A stretch of DNA of 64,000 nt from contig CM059432.1 in NCBI GenBank assembly GCA_030390025.1, forward strand, positions 71,116,001-71,180,000. Reading direction: 5' to 3'. Below are positions 37,274-51,242 of the stretch, one piece after another. The notes beneath the pieces are model-generated. The model saw only the letters and a program-made list of their open reading frames with translations. It was not told where the DNA came from and ran no database searches. This DNA is from Squalus acanthias. Lineage: Eukaryota. Within the stretch, counting starts at the first letter, position 1; each line of letters opens with the position of its first letter. A program made the position numbers and the translations under genes.

Positions 37274-37970
37274 AGGGGTAATCTTAACGTTGAAAAGTGC
37301 GTGGGTTTGGGTGCTGGTGGGAAATTAAATCCACCGAAAATATCACCACATCCAGAAGGCGGTTCCAACGCGCCGACTTCTGAGTTTAACTCGGGCCCGT
37401 TTGACAGGTTAGCAATTTAAATATGTAAATCGCTTAATTGCAGCGATATTTTGATCCACCTTCAAATTTAACGGCAAATCCACGGGTTCCCCAGGCTTCG
37501 CCATCGAAACCAAAGCGAGAACAGAATGGCAATTCATGGGGCTCATTCAAAGTCAGGCAAATACAGCAATAAATATTCAGTGCTCACAGCTGCTTTCTTA
37601 TCTACCACTGGGAAAGGTTTTCTTCAGAGTACTGTGGTGAGTGGTTAATTTTGCACTTTGGAGGTTGGGTGGCGCCTTTGCTGCCTTAGACTGGACTTCA
37701 GGTGAGGAGCAAAGTGACCATCAGCAGCAGCAACAGCCTGTTGTGGAGAGACCTGCAGGTGGTCAGCATAGAGGGGAGCAGCAGAGAGGGGAGCAGCAGA
37801 GAGGGGAGCAGCAGAGAGGGGAGCAGCAGAGAGGGGAGCAACAGAGAGGGGAGCAACAGAGAGGGGAGCAACAGAGAGGGGAGCAACAGAGAGGGGAGCA
37901 GCAGAGAGGGGAGCAGGAGGCACTACCTGCGAAATAGGATGTACAGGCAGAGGCTGAGCTTCCTTGATCT
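37274..37970 (+). mobile_element. Harbinger left end plus transposase N-terminus
   Basis: [19 protein letters not shown] matches the N-terminus of the 31291-32471 transposase. Confidence 0.6.
37770..37919. repeat. 15-bp minisatellite, about 10 copies
   Basis: (agaggggagcaRcag)x~10. Confidence 0.95.
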
Positions 37971-37971
37971 C

Positions 37972-39026
37972 TTAAAGGCAAATCATATTTGACTAACTTG
38001 ATTGAGTTCTTTGATGAAGTAATGGAGAGGGTTGATGATGGTAGTGCGGTTGATGTGTATATGGACTTTCAAAAGTTTCAAAACTTTCAAATTTTCATTT
38101 GATAAAGTACCACATAATAGACTTGTTAGCAAAATTGAAGCCCATGGGATTCAAGGGGCAGTGGGAGCATGGATACGAAATTGGCTAAGGGACAGAAAGA
38201 GTGTAATTGTGAACGGTTGTTTTTCAGACTGGAGGGAACTGTGCAGTGGTGTCCGCCGGGCTCGGTATTAGACCACTGCTCTTTTTGATATATATTAATG
38301 ACCTGGACTTGGGTATACGGGGCATAATTTGAAAGTTTGCAGGTAACACAAAACTCAGAAATGTAGTAAACAGTGAGGAGGATATTAATAGACATATTAA
38401 TAGACTGGTGAAATGGGCAGGTACATGACAGATACAATTTAATGCAGAGAAGTGTGAAGTGATTCACTTTGGTAGGAAGAATGAGAAGAGGCAATATAAA
38501 CAAAATGAGACAATTTTAAAGGGGGTGCAGGAACAGAGAGATCTGGGGGTGTACATACACAGCGTGGCAGGACAAGTTGAGAGAGCTGTTAAAAAGGCAT
38601 TTATTAATATTGGCATAAAGTACAAAAGCAAGGAAGTTATGCTAAACCTGTATAAAATACTGGTTAGGCTCCAGCTGGAGTGTTGTGTCCAATTCTGGGC
38701 ACCACACTTTCAGAAAGATGTCAAGGCCTTAGAGAGGGTGCAGAGGAGATTTACTAGAATGGTACCAGGGATGAAAGACTTCATTTACATGGAAAGACTC
38801 GAGAAGCTGGTGTTGTTCTCCTTAGAGCAGAGAAGGTTAAGAGGAGATTTGATAGAGGTGTTCAAAATCATGAAGTGTTTTGATAGAGTAAATAAGGAGA
38901 AACTATTTCTAGTGGCAGAAGGGTTGGTAACAAGAGGAACAGATTTAAGGTAATTGGCAAAAGAACCAGAGGTGACAATTGGAAAAAATAATTTACGCAG
39001 TGAGTTGTTATGATCTGGAATGCACT
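37972..39026 (+). mobile_element. CR1 LINE RT/C-terminal fragment
   Basis: FDKVPHNRL, ERDLGV, CVQFWAPHFQKD…LERVQRRFTRM, RRLRGDLIEVFKI. Confidence 0.85.
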
Positions 39027-39570
39027 GCTCTTATTATTTCATTTTACATGATCTGCCAAACTTGTTTCATATTACATAGACTTTACAGCACAGAAACAGA
39101 CCATTCGGCCCAACAGGTCTATGCCGGTGTTTATGCTTCACACGAGCCTAGTAGATGTATATATACATATTCCCATGTAGTCCTTCAAATCTCCCTTTTC
39201 ATCTCCCTCCTACACTTCCTTTACTGGATGGAGTGGCTCCCCGTGCCCCACAATAATGCTGCGGGTCACTGCCGGCCAGGGATTGCCCCATTGACTTTGC
39301 CTCCCCCCATCCCAGGACCAACCTACAGCTGCCATGGGCATCCAGCCAGCCAGCACTCCTGTTGCTTCAGGACTCCCCGTTTGGCGTTCGCAGCTCTCTG
39401 GTCAGATTCAAATGAGACCTAGGTGTCATAATTGAAGCAACCTCTTCACCGCCCAGAATGGGTGGTAGACTAACTAAAAGTAAAAATCTACCCGCTCATG
39501 AGTAACAAAGACATGTGAATTCTGGCCAAGCCATAAATGGGATATTATTGGTAACCCACAAATCCTTAAT

Positions 39571-40312
39571 GGGCCGAAAATTGATCCCGGGACGCGAGAG
39601 TACGCACTGCGTACTCTCGCGTATTCCCACTCCAATTGTCGGTTTTCTGCATGCCCTGCGCATGCGCTGAAAACCGGCAATTGCTCTTCTGAAAAGGGGG
39701 CGGGTCCTCGGTACATCGCGTGCGCGCTACAGGCTGCGCGCACGCTGTGCACTTCATGCTTTGGACGCGCAGGTAAGTAGGGAAGATTTTGGAAATGTAA
39801 AAAGGAGGAGTAAGACCCGCTTTTAAGAAGGTAATTAGTGAATTAAGTATTTTTTTGAATTTTTTTTTACAGGTATATCTTTTTTAGAGACTTTAAAGAC
39901 AGGTAAGTTTATTTTTATAACTTTTTAAAAGATTTTAAATTTTTTCAAAAATTTAATTTTTTATTTAAAATGGTTAATTTAATTAACTATACTTATTTTA
40001 TTAATGTGATGGGTTTTTTTTAAATTTAATTGAGGTTTAGCTGTTATTTTGGGGGGGTGTAAGATTCATAGATTTCACAGGGTGCTGTGAAACTTATGAA
40101 TGGAAGATGGTGTGCTGCCATTGGCTCTAACTGAGTCACGTGATCCCACAGCTCGCACGAATTCACTACGCCGCTGGGATACGCAAGCACTGCCCAGCTG
40201 ATCTCTAGAACATGAAGTTCGTGCGAGCTGGATCTGAAAAAGCACAAGCGAGGTGAGAGATCGCGGGAAAGCCTTACCCCCGCGGGAACAGAGCGAGATC
40301 AATTTCTGGGCC
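39571..40312. mobile_element. Harbinger-type MITE with CpG-rich ends and AT-rich centre
   Basis: TIR GGGCCGAAAATTGATC / GATCAATTTCTGGGCC; flanks AAT/ATT. Confidence 0.75.
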
Positions 40313-41272
40313 ATTATGTATTCTATTTGTATCACATTTAAGCAAGGAAAGTTAAAACCATAGAAGTTACATGTAAATATTAATGTCAAATAAAAGCTAT
40401 AGGGATCCATGTAGTTCCAGCAATATCACTCTGCATAGAACGGAAAAAATAGTTGAGGGATATAATATCATTTGAGGTATAATGAACTTCAGCAGTTATT
40501 ATGACAGAATATGAAATTAATGCACTAATGGATTCTAATTATTTTAAACTATTTTTAATACACATCTTTAAATAGTTCAGACAGATTGCAATTTTCCAAG
40601 AACTCACTAGGCAGAAGTCAGGTCAATTATTTGGTTGAGTATACGAGCTAGTAATTAGAGAGATTTTATGCACACTGCAGTGTTTTCCTTTGATGCACAG
40701 GTTTGTGAAAATATGGTTCAATTGATTATGAAATTATAATTATTAACCCTATTTTTCTAAGGCTATGAGTTACTTTAGGTAACTGAAGTCAAATTGTTTT
40801 CTGTACATAATATCTAGGGCAGCCTACAGCATCCAAGAAAATACAACACACGCTATTTCAGCGAAAGTATAAAGTTCACTAAATATACAACTCCATAACT
40901 ACATTAAATTTGGAAATACACACAATGGGGGCAGAGTTACACATGTTGGAAATTTGGGCCTGTAAAGGACCTATTTGTTAAACATGAAGAACTTGTGAAC
41001 AGGTGGGAATGCTAACGTTTCCTTTCAGCGTCCCAAGTTTAGCAAAGTATTTTAAATCATTCACGACAGAGTAGTAATGATCACAGTTTGTCAATTGAAC
41101 AAGTAGGAAATACGTCGCTTTCTTGACCGAAAGAAACTTTTTGTAATTCTGACGTGCTGAGCATCAACTTTAAAGCCAAAACGGAAACATTTATGAGAAT
41201 GGCACATTTTCTCAGCACAATGATGAATTTAGTTATGCAAGAGGTAATGGTCAGGACCAGAGCAATATTCAC

Positions 41273-41362
41273 CTCTGATGCACATCCTCCAACCCAAATA
41301 AAAGAAATCAAGCCTGGGAATAGATCACCATGTCCATCATCCATAGAAGGTGGCAGGAGATC
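41273..41362 (-). CDS. Candidate internal exon of an unidentified host gene (DLLPPSMDDGHGDLFPGLISFIWVGGCASE)
   Basis: 90 nt, phase 0/0; tctcttcag| acceptor and GAG|gtgaat donor; open in only one frame; non-repeat AT-rich flanks. Confidence 0.4.
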
Positions 41363-44249
41363 CTGAAGAGATTCCACAATATCATGAAAAAAACAAGCAA
41401 GGTCCAGATTTCAATCAACAAGCACACAAGACTATTGATGCTGGGCACAGCAGCTGCAAGCTTTGACAAAATGTAATTGAGGTATCATGCATTTTTTGGC
41501 CCAGAAAACCTTTATCCGCCAATGAACCTGTTAAGTGCCTTTTTTAAGTCTTGTACTTTCGCTGCACCTTATTGAATGAGAAGTTTAATTCTTTATGGAT
41601 AATATTACCTGCCTCGTAGGAAGGACGCAATACTTTGGTGACTCATAGGTAGCGAATTACCATGGGGCTTCTTTCAATCTGCCGCCGTAACTTTAATAAA
41701 AATCCCATTTACGTGCGTAAATAGAGTTTTGCTGAACTTTCGTCGAAGCAGGAGAAGGCTTGAGAAACATCACCCTCATAGTTTATGTGCACAGTAACCA
41801 AATATTAGCCACATTTGTATTCACTCTGAAACCTGGATTATCCAGTTTCCAGAGGACAATTGCTTCACGCACTGTACCAGTAAAAACTCTCACGTAACCA
41901 ACACCAAGACTCACATTCTAGACAACATTACCTATACAACCAGGTGAGTCACCGATCACTGCTGCTACCCCCTCACCGATCATCACGGCTACCTTCCCGT
42001 TGCCAATCACCAGCACTACCTCCCGACTTGGTTTCCTCCTTTCCTGGTCACCCCCCCCCCGCCCCCCCCTGCCCTGCTCCTCACTTACCTGAGGGTCGCT
42101 GCAACACCAGGAGTGGTCCGATCTACAATTACCCTTCGCCTGCGAGCTGTCTGTTGCTCTTGGAGATCATCGGCTCAATGTAAATGAAGTCCCAGGCCCA
42201 ATATCAGGGGCACCTCAGGCCTCACCTTTCAGGCGCAGGGATTGTTTCCTGTGCCACCACGTGCCCAAAAGTCGTCGTGCCTGGATTTCTAGGCCAAAAT
42301 CTCTCCGGGCCTCATGTGGCGCTGTGTTGCGAGTTTGCCGCTTGCCTTGGCACCCACATACTACACTCATACCCCGAGTTAAAATTGGGGCTTAAATCTC
42401 CTACAGTGTGTATAACTGAGCTGGTACCTGTTTCAAGTGGGGGATTACAATAGTTGGTGCTCAATTGTGTCGGGTCTAATTTCAGATAAAAACCACAACA
42501 GTAGTAAAAAGAGAAAAGATTTTCACTCCAGCTGTCTAGGCTGAATTCTAATGTAAATACACTGCTCCACCAAGTTTCTTAAAGCGAATTTTTTGATCCA
42601 GAAAACACACATATCATAGTTTTGTAAGGCTAAGTGGTGCTAACTGGTTTGACAGTTAGACTAGATAATTTATCTCTAAGCACAATGGTAGTCAAACAGC
42701 TGTTAAAGTAGTACTATAATTTTACTCTGCATAATCTTCTCTTTGTCGACTTACACTGATGAAAACCATAAAAGGCTGCTTTGTTCCACAGTAATATAAC
42801 TTTGAAAGGATTTACTATTCTAATGTTTTATACTGTTGTACTCAGAATTTAATTACATGAAATGATTTATGTAGGAAGTACCTACATTTTTTTTTGAAAC
42901 ACAACAGAATACAAGGTAGAAATTCAGATTTTTAAAATTGATGTAAAACACTTTAGGGGTGATTCAGCAATTGCCTGAGATGTGCTTCTATTCATTATTG
43001 ACGAAAAATCGGAGGCTGCACGCCCACAAGCTAAGCTAAAGATTCTTCAAAAATAATGAACATTTCTACTGTATAATTTTCCATTCGCTGGTTAATCATA
43101 GCTAAATATTGGTGCACAATAGGTTAAATCTGGCCAATAAGGATATAATTAAAAACTAATCTATCATTGGCACACAGGCATTTCCTTATCTCATGAAATA
43201 AGAACTCTATTTGATTTATTTTAGAAGTTATTTGATGTATGTGATCCATAAATGAAACTGCTATTGATTGTTGTTCTATAAGGTTATTGCTTGTTCAAGA
43301 ACCAAAACTATTTTTAATGATCATCTCATGTTTAGAATTATCTGAATATTTTCTGCTATTGACTTCCTATCAATAAATTCATCAACTGTTTATTTTGTCA
43401 TTTACAATTAAATTTACCTTCACCAGCTAGTTCATTTCCAGTAGGCATATTGCTTGGGTGCAATAAATAATTTGGTCAACACAGTTCTTATCGCTAAACA
43501 AAATGTGCTAAGTAACGTGCTTTCCGCTTTCTTATCAACCCCACTGTCCAAGTCTCTATATAAAGAAACTACAACGCCTCCATTTGTGGAATAACGATTC
43601 AAAATTCTAATTTTGCTTTTCCAGAAGTTTCATCTGACATCTGTGATCCATGTTAAAGCAGGGTCAATGAAAAATATGAAAGCAATACAAATTGCAAACA
43701 CAAAATCTATCAACTCATATTATTTCAGCAGACCAACAAGAGGGCTGGTTCTGTAATTTGGCACTTCCAGTGGGAATCACCACTCGGAAGAAGTGCATCT
43801 CAGGAGTTTGTGGACATGCGGTCTGTGATTTTGTCATGAATAATGGAGAGGAGCACATCTTAGGAAATTGCAGAATCACCCCTAAAGTGTACAATTAAGC
43901 CTGTAGGCCAAGCTGCACCAGTATGAAGTCATATTATTTGGATCAGAATAAAGTCGATCCTATTTGATCTTTTCAAGTAGAAATCCAATGATTAACAATT
44001 ACTCTCCATCCACTTACTGTGATGCAGAAACATTCTTCAAACTTAACTGTGTAAAAACATATTCCCATACTAATTCTTACTATTTTACAGGAACAATATC
44101 CAGTTAAGTAAAGTCAGGTCAGCAGGATCATGGAATTAGAGGGAAATGTTTGCATTACAAAGAAACAAATGAACAAAACATGGGAAGGCGTCCTTTGAAT
44201 ATGTTATTCAGATTTTCTGCAAAGCTTGTACATATTTGTGGGAAATAAC

Positions 44250-45721
44250 TGTAAGATTCTCAAAATTCACAGATCCCCCAAAACTCGGAGACAAACCCTA
44301 AGGAAAAAGACTTTGGACTCTTTTCTAGCTATTACAGGGTGGTGAAGTGCATTGGGCCTAACCGAAGGACATTTGGAGCAAAAACCAAGATTTGGTATTT
44401 TTAAAACATGTCTGGGCTTGTAAGGGAGAAAAGGCTGTGAAGGGAGGTGGGATCAATCTCTGTAAAAACAGTTTGGGTATTGGAGCTAATGGGAACTGTC
44501 TGGGGAACCGCAGGATCTCGCTGGGAGTTTAAATCGGCCCCTATCAGACATTAGCATCCTAACAATAAACCCGAGGAAAAACAGTCTCCACCCCAAGTTA
44601 CAGAGCCCATTAAGACATGCATAAAACTCCATAGAAATCATAGGCCCAGCCAAGAAAACCCAAAACATAAGAACAATCAAACTCCGATTAAGTGGCAAAT
44701 CGACAGGATGGGGGCCATCCCGGAACCACTTCACACCTTAACAAACCAGTTACCGTTAACGAGCCCGCCAAAACTAACAAAGACCGAGACCTGATTTGGT
44801 GCGCAGATAAGGGAGCTTCAATGGGTATAATTGAAGGCCCGTTCTCAACCTGAAAAAGAAGAAGAGGAAGGAAGAACAAGAAGACATTGATGGAGGCATT
44901 CTCCGCAACACAGTTCTAAAAACATCACCGTTCAGCGTTCCGTGTCCAGCCAGGAGGTCGACAGCTCAAAGGCCAAACCATCCAACAAAGTAGGCTGACA
45001 CGAGAAGAAACCAGAATGACCACCTCAGTGACCATCGGACACCTCGCGGCAACAAGCCCCTCACGAAACAACCAACCGAACACCAAGTACCAATATTTGG
45101 GCCACCGCGACCAAAGAAAACCAACTCGAAGAAAAAACGAAGAACCGCAAAGTTTCCACTCTACAATCTACTCCTGACTTACCCCTGGGTAAGATTTTCC
45201 CTTAAAAAACTCTAAACCCTACTTCTAAACCAAAGAAAAGTGGGTACTCACCTGATAAATCCAATACGCACCCTACCGCATCAGCGGACTCGCGAAGACT
45301 GACCAGATTTGCAGTTGAAGTCCTCTACCACGTACGGGGTACGGCAGACACCAACCGACATATAGAGTGAACCCCAAAACCGCAAACTAACCTAACTGTC
45401 AGGGATTCTGGTGAGCATTATCCCTGGTCCTCTGGAGTCCAACCTCGCTAGTATAGTGGGATTGGGAGGGGTGAAGTATTCTCCTAATGTTATTTCCCTC
45501 GCTTGTACCGAAGTGTTCCCCATTTTTAGAGTGTTAAGAGTGTTTGTGTTGTGTTTTACTTTCTTGAATAAAGATCAAGGTTCTTGCATCAAAACCAGTT
45601 GTCTGCTGCACTTTTTATCACAACCCCCAAATAAGTCCAAGGTCTAGAACCAAGGGCGTGGGAGCGATTCGAACCGCTCAGAGGTCAGAGGTGAAGCTGA
45701 CACAAAACACCACCCCCTACA
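44250..45721 (+). mobile_element. Long solo LTR (1472 bp), related to 8070-9827
   Basis: TGTAAG…CCTACA; TSD TAAC; TATAATTGA at 44826; AATAAA at 45567. Confidence 0.85.
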
Positions 45722-46368
45722 TAACAAATTAATATTTTTGAGGCACTGCAATGAGCACTTAAAAAGGATCCCCACCTCTCATCTGCTCCTTGATCCAATC
45801 AGGATATATGAATCACAGAAATCAGGGACAAATGACAGTTATTTCTGAGTACACATTGGTAGCGAGTAGCCTTACTGGCCTCCCACAATTTCCTCGCTAC
45901 TTGCACATTCTCAGGAGATTTAGGCCCATATACCAACTCCAACCTGTTCTGAGCAGTAATTTTCATATCTGTTTGTTGCATAGGAATCTATCTCTCAAAC
46001 TTGTAGCTCCTGCAAGGAGTCTGAGGGGGTACTTTTAACCTAACCTCTTATATTGCACTTTCTGTGTTGGTGCAGTGCCTTCTTGGCTCCAAACAAAGCA
46101 TCAAGAATGCTCTTTAACTCATCTTTTACCTTTGCCAGTTTTCTTCCCTTTCTTCTTCTACTGGAAGCATTGACTTCTCATAGGGGAGAACTGAAGAGAT
46201 CGCAAAGTCTCTGTTTGAAGAATGGACTCAGTCGAGAATATTTTGTGGACTTTATGGGATTTTTCTGAGGGTATTTTCCCTGTGATGGGATCACCCTGTG
46301 CAGATACGTGAAAAACTGGTTTGTTAAAACTCCAGAGAACGCATGGCAGTTGGCTGTGACAAAAGAAC

Positions 46369-47423
46369 TGTCAGTCATCCAGAATGTATGGGTTCGCCTG
46401 ACAGTCCTGGAAAAAGGAAGGAGGGGCCATTGACGAAGGGGCTGAGGACCCTGAGGCACCCGTTAACTTGAACCTATTAGAAAGCCACTCTAATATGCAA
46501 AAGCATTTCTCACCTCCATCTCAGAAGAGAAGCAGAACAATGAACCCACTAGCCTAGCCAGCCAAAGAGGAGCCAGTTTTTCCCAACACAAAGACCGAGA
46601 TATGTCCCAGACTTAGGGCCATTAGTCCAATCACAGAATACACATGGGTCTGATGATGGCCCATCACTGACTAAGCACCGGAGTGCTCAGAAACAAAAGG
46701 ATTTTAAAGATTGGCGGGAAAGATAGGGGTAGCAAGACTCCTATAAAGATAGATCCTTTTCCACCATTTTTTCTCTCTCTCGCTCTCGCTCCACCAAGAT
46801 CGACCTAACAAGAAGAAGTACCAGAGGAAGAAGCCGCTGAGACTGTGAACCGCATACCCTTCACAGGGAACGGCCTCCAGGCAGTGACTTCCCACAGCTG
46901 AGCGGAGCGATCGAGACCGACTGTGTGTGGTGGTAAGCATGGTCTCGAGTGTCCCAAACCGGTAACCAGATATCCCAGGCGAGCTGGGTGAGGTGTAAGG
47001 GCTCAGGGTTTTTCTCAGAAGTGAAGTTTTTTTGCGCTATTCTGGGGTGGAAGCTTCGTTTGGTTCAGCCAGGCGAAGGGGCTTATGCGACTGGGTAATT
47101 CGTTGGTAGGGGTGGAGTTAGAGTCCACCATAGCAACAAGGGAATTACTGCATGTTACAGTCCCCAGTTGTGTACTGTATGTATGTTATTTGTAACCTGG
47201 ATCTTATTCTCCACAGAGACAGTGATTTCCTTTAGTAGTGCATGTTTTAGCCAGTGTATGTTCGACCAAATAAATATAAGTTTGATTTTTCACCGAAGCA
47301 TTCCTGTCCGTAACTTATTCCATTTACACTCTGAATAATAATTCCTGGGTATAGAACTTTCGTAAGGCGGGGGCAATTTGAACCGTCCGTCTAGCAATTG
47401 GGCTAGGATCAAAACCGCTTACA
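46369..47423 (+). mobile_element. Solo LTR (1055 bp), different family
   Basis: TGTCAG…CTTACA; TSD GAAC; TATAAA at 46742; AATAAA at 47269. Confidence 0.8.
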
Positions 47424-48169
47424 GAACAGGTTACCCCTCCCAGTACTTTGTCCAAGAGCCTATTATTCATGTGTAAGTCTTGGCCATGTAAGCTCAAAAT
47501 TGCTTATTTTTATGGTGTTTGTGGGGTGATACTTCAGCACCACATAACTTCCTCAACAGGACCCATTTCTGCTGGGTTTCCATCCTGTAATGGCAATGAT
47601 GTTATTTCTGATTAGGCCTGGGCCCTCGCCATAGTCTGCCTACCAATTATGCAGGAAGCTACTTTGAATATATGTAATGAGGGGGTCTGGCGTTGGCATG
47701 CCAAAATTCCAGAAGTTATATTTGCAATGCACCAAGTGTAAGCTGAAATGATATAAAAGAAGTGTACTGAACATCACCTGAGACTGGCAAAGTCTGTAAC
47801 TTTGGAGCCTGGAGCCTAAAGAAAACTTTTAAGAGAGATTGTTGGAGTTACAGAAGAGCTTTAAAGTGTGTGTTTTTTTTAAATCTTGAACCTGGATAGA
47901 GTTGGACTTGTTTCTGGCAGCCTGAGGGCCTGCGAGATGACTGGACCAGTTTTGCCCCCATCCACAGTAAAAGATTCTAAGTACCAGGTATGAGATTCCC
48001 AATGAGCATTCCCTCATTTGAAAGTTTAATCGAGAAGAAAGAGGAGCAGTACAGGATGGATGAAAGAAGAGTAAGGCACCATATGAAGAGGATGTGCCCT
48101 GCAAAATATTACTACCTACCACCCCAATCCAAAGAATTACAGGCCATGCAGACTTCATGAAAATCTAGG

Positions 48170-48620
48170 TGAGAAGCTCTGTGTGAGAAGAATGCGCTTT
48201 CACAAAAGAGATAATAGGAGAGCTGTGCCAGCAACTGCGTGAAGATTTATAACCAGGATCATCTGCCTGGAGATCTCTGCCTGTGGCTGTGAAAGTGATT
48301 ATCTCATTTTTATCACATTACTTGGATCCCCAAAGTGCAGGCTGCAATAGATGGCACCCACGTAGCATTGTGATTTCCTACTGCTCAGCCCCCTCAACCT
48401 TTCTAATAGTAGGAGGTACCATTCACTGAATGTCCAGATGGTGTGAAACTCGATGCAAAGACTCCTCCAAGTCAATGCTACATTTGTTGTAAGTTGCCAT
48501 CATGCATTCATTCTCAGGAATTCTGCCCTTCCAGAGCTCTTCTGGGAAGATAATAAAGTAAACAGATTGTTTGTGGGTGATAAGACTTACCCATTGCTGG
48601 ACAATGATCCCACTAAGAAT
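48170..48620 (+). pseudogene. Old Harbinger transposase fragment
   Basis: PKVQAAIDGTHVAL…YHSLNVQMV. Confidence 0.6.
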
Positions 48621-49586
48621 TGTCATTGAGAAAATCTGTTAATCTGTTAATGGGTAAAATGACAGAAAGTCAGTGGGAGGTGTTCAAAAAAGGATTTAGT
48701 GTGATACAGAACCAGTTTATACCCCTAAGGTGCAAGAGCTCTACTTGCCAAAAAAAAACCACCATCGACGACTAAGGAGGTAAGGGACAACATAAAACTA
48801 AAAGAAAAAGCATATAAAATGCAAAAACTAGTATAGATCATGACGATTGGGAGAGACACAAAGAACAACAAAAGGTGACAAAGCAGATAGTAAAAGCTAC
48901 AAAAAGGGAATTTGAAAAGAAACTTGCAAGGGATATCAAAATCAACAATTTTTTTTTACAATTATTTCAGGAAAAAGAGGGTGGTCAGGAACAATGTGGG
49001 CCCCTTGAAAACTGATAGCAGCAATGAAGAAAATAATGGCACTTAAGAGTGACAAATCCCCAAGACCATATGGTTTCCATCCCAGAGTTTTAAAGGAAGT
49101 AGATGAGCACATTGCAGATGCCCTAATTATAATCTTCCAAAGTTCTCTTGATTTAGGAACTGTTCCATTAGATTGAAAAAGTGCGCATGTCACTCCGCTA
49201 TTTAAGAAAGATGAGAGAGGGAAACCATGGAATTATAGACCAGTTAGCCTAACATCTATTGTTGGGAAAGTACTAGAGTCTATCATTAAGGATAGAGTGA
49301 CTGAACACCTTGAAAATTTTCAGCTGATCAGAGAGAGCCACCATGGATTTGTAAAGGGTAGGTCATGTCTGATGAACCTGATTGAATTTTTTGAAGAAGT
49401 AACTAAAGTAGTGGACAGGGGAATGTCTATGGATGTTATTAATGTGGACTTCCGGAAGACATTTGATAAAGTCCCTCATAAGAGAATGTTAGCTAAAGTT
49501 GAAACTCACGGAATTGAAGGCAAATTATTGACTTGGTTAGGAAATTGGCTGAGCGGCAGGAGACAGAGAGTAGGGACAATGGGCAG

Positions 49587-49732
49587 CAATGTTCCTGTTA
49601 AATTTTTTGGGTGCACGGCCCCTTTAAGGGGCTGCACGGCCCATTCAAATTACTGTGCATGCACGGCTTTTTCCATTCTAAAGCCGTTGAGCGGCCCGCG
49701 CAGGACCTCTAGATTGCTTAACGGGAACATTG
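49587..49732. mobile_element. hAT mini-MITE
   Basis: TIR CAATGTTCC / GGAACATTG; exact 8-bp TSD ATGGGCAG. Confidence 0.85.
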
Positions 49733-49764
49733 ATGGGCAGGTGCACTAATTGGCAGGATGTGAC

Positions 49765-49931
49765 TAGTGTTCCCCATAAGCCGCACTGCCTCCAGCGCAG
49801 CCTGCCTCCCCCAGTGCACGGCCCATTCAAATTTTTGTGCATGCGCGGTACCTACAATGTAAAAGCTGGTGAGCAGCCTGCGCGTGACCTTGCAGATGAC
49901 TGCATGGTAATGCAGCTTAGCGGGAAAATTG
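49765..49931. mobile_element. Related hAT mini-MITE
   Basis: TAGTGTTCCC…GGGAAAATTG; shares gcacggcccattcaaatt with its neighbour; no clear TSD. Confidence 0.6.
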
Positions 49932-51103
49932 GTGTCCCAGAAAGATCTGTGTTGGGACCTCAACTATTCACTGTATTTATTAACAACTTAGATGATGGGA
50001 TAGAAAGCCACATATTCAAGTTTGCCAATGACACATAGATAGGCGGCATTGTAAGCAGTGTAGATGGAAACATAAAATTACAGAGATATTAATAGATTGA
50101 GCGAATGGGCAAAACTGTGGCAAATGGATTTCAATGTAGGCAAATGAGATGTCATCCACTTTGGACCTAAAAAGGATAGAACAGAGTACTTTCTAAATGG
50201 TGAAAAGCTAGGAACAGTGGAGGTCCAAAGAGACTTGGGGGGTCCATGTACATCGATCATTAAATGCCATGGACAGGTACAAAAAATAATCCAAAAGGCT
50301 ACTGGAATGCTGACCTTTATATCTAGAGGACTAGAATACAAGGGATTAGAAGTCATCCTACAGCTATACAAAACCCTGGTTAGACTACACCCGGAGTATT
50401 GTGAGCAGTTCTGGGCACCACACCTTAGGAAGGATATATTGGACTTGGAAAAATGCAGCGTAGATTTACCAGAATGATACCTGGACTCCAAGGGTTAAAT
50501 TACGAGGAGAGATTACACAAAAAAGGGCTGTATTCTCTGGAATTTAGAAGATTAAGGGGTGATTTGATCAAAGTTTTCAAGATATTAAGGGGAACTAATA
50601 GGATAGATAGAGAGAAACTATTTCCGCTGGTTGGAGAGTCTAGGACTAGGGGGCATAGACTAAAAATTAGAGCCAGGCCTTTCAGGAGTGAAGTTAGGAA
50701 ACACTTCTACACACAAAGGGTGGTAGCAGTTTGGAATTCTCTTCCGCAAACAGCAATTGATGCTAGCTAAATTGTTAATTTTAAATCTGAGATTGATAGA
50801 TTTTTGTTAACCAAAGGTATTAAGGGATATGTGGCAAAGGCGGGTATATGGAGTTATGTCACAGATCAGCCATGATCTCATTGAATGGCAGAACAGGTTC
50901 GAGGAACTAAATGGCCTACTCCTGTTCCTATGTTCCTACAGAGCTGGGATTCACATCCCAGCGACAGTGTTCTGGCAGGGCAGGACTTCCATCTGTCCAG
51001 CCATCAACACTGAACCTCGACCCTGTTTCCTTGGTCAGGATTCATTCTTTATGTACGGTGGGCTTCTGGTGGGATTCCCGCTGCAAAAAGGGAGCCCGCT
51101 ATT

Positions 51104-51242
51104 CAATGATCCCTGTAATTTTTTTGGGTGTGCGGTCCCTTTAAGGGGCTGCGGGGCCCATTCACGATTTTGCGTGTGCATGAACGTTAAGATTGCAAAA
51201 GCTGGTCCCGAGCTGTGCGGGACCAGCAGAGAGGTAACGTTG
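51104..51242. mobile_element. hAT mini-MITE, same family as 49587-49732
   Basis: CAATGATCC…GTAACGTTG; TSD CCGCTATT/CTGCTATT. Confidence 0.75.

Larger units (their letters stand above)
48640..50940 (+). mobile_element. CR1 LINE ORF2 with 3' tail, decayed
   Basis: NYRPVSLT, HHGFVKGRSCL, FDKVPHKR, RRLRGDLI, VWNSLP; tail ctcctgttcctatgttcct. Confidence 0.9.

Noticed and set aside
37641..37992. Repeat proteins (RGEQQ)n / (SPLCC)n
   Set aside because: Translations of a 15-bp minisatellite.
41498..42295. Single MITE with GGCCCAGAAAACC / GGATTTCTAGGCC ends
   Set aside because: Flanks TTT/AAA are not a TSD and the interior looks composite.
45880..46230. Minus-strand coding-like stretch (RKLAKVKDELKSIL…)
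   Set aside because: More likely a very decayed Harbinger Myb remnant; too weak to call.
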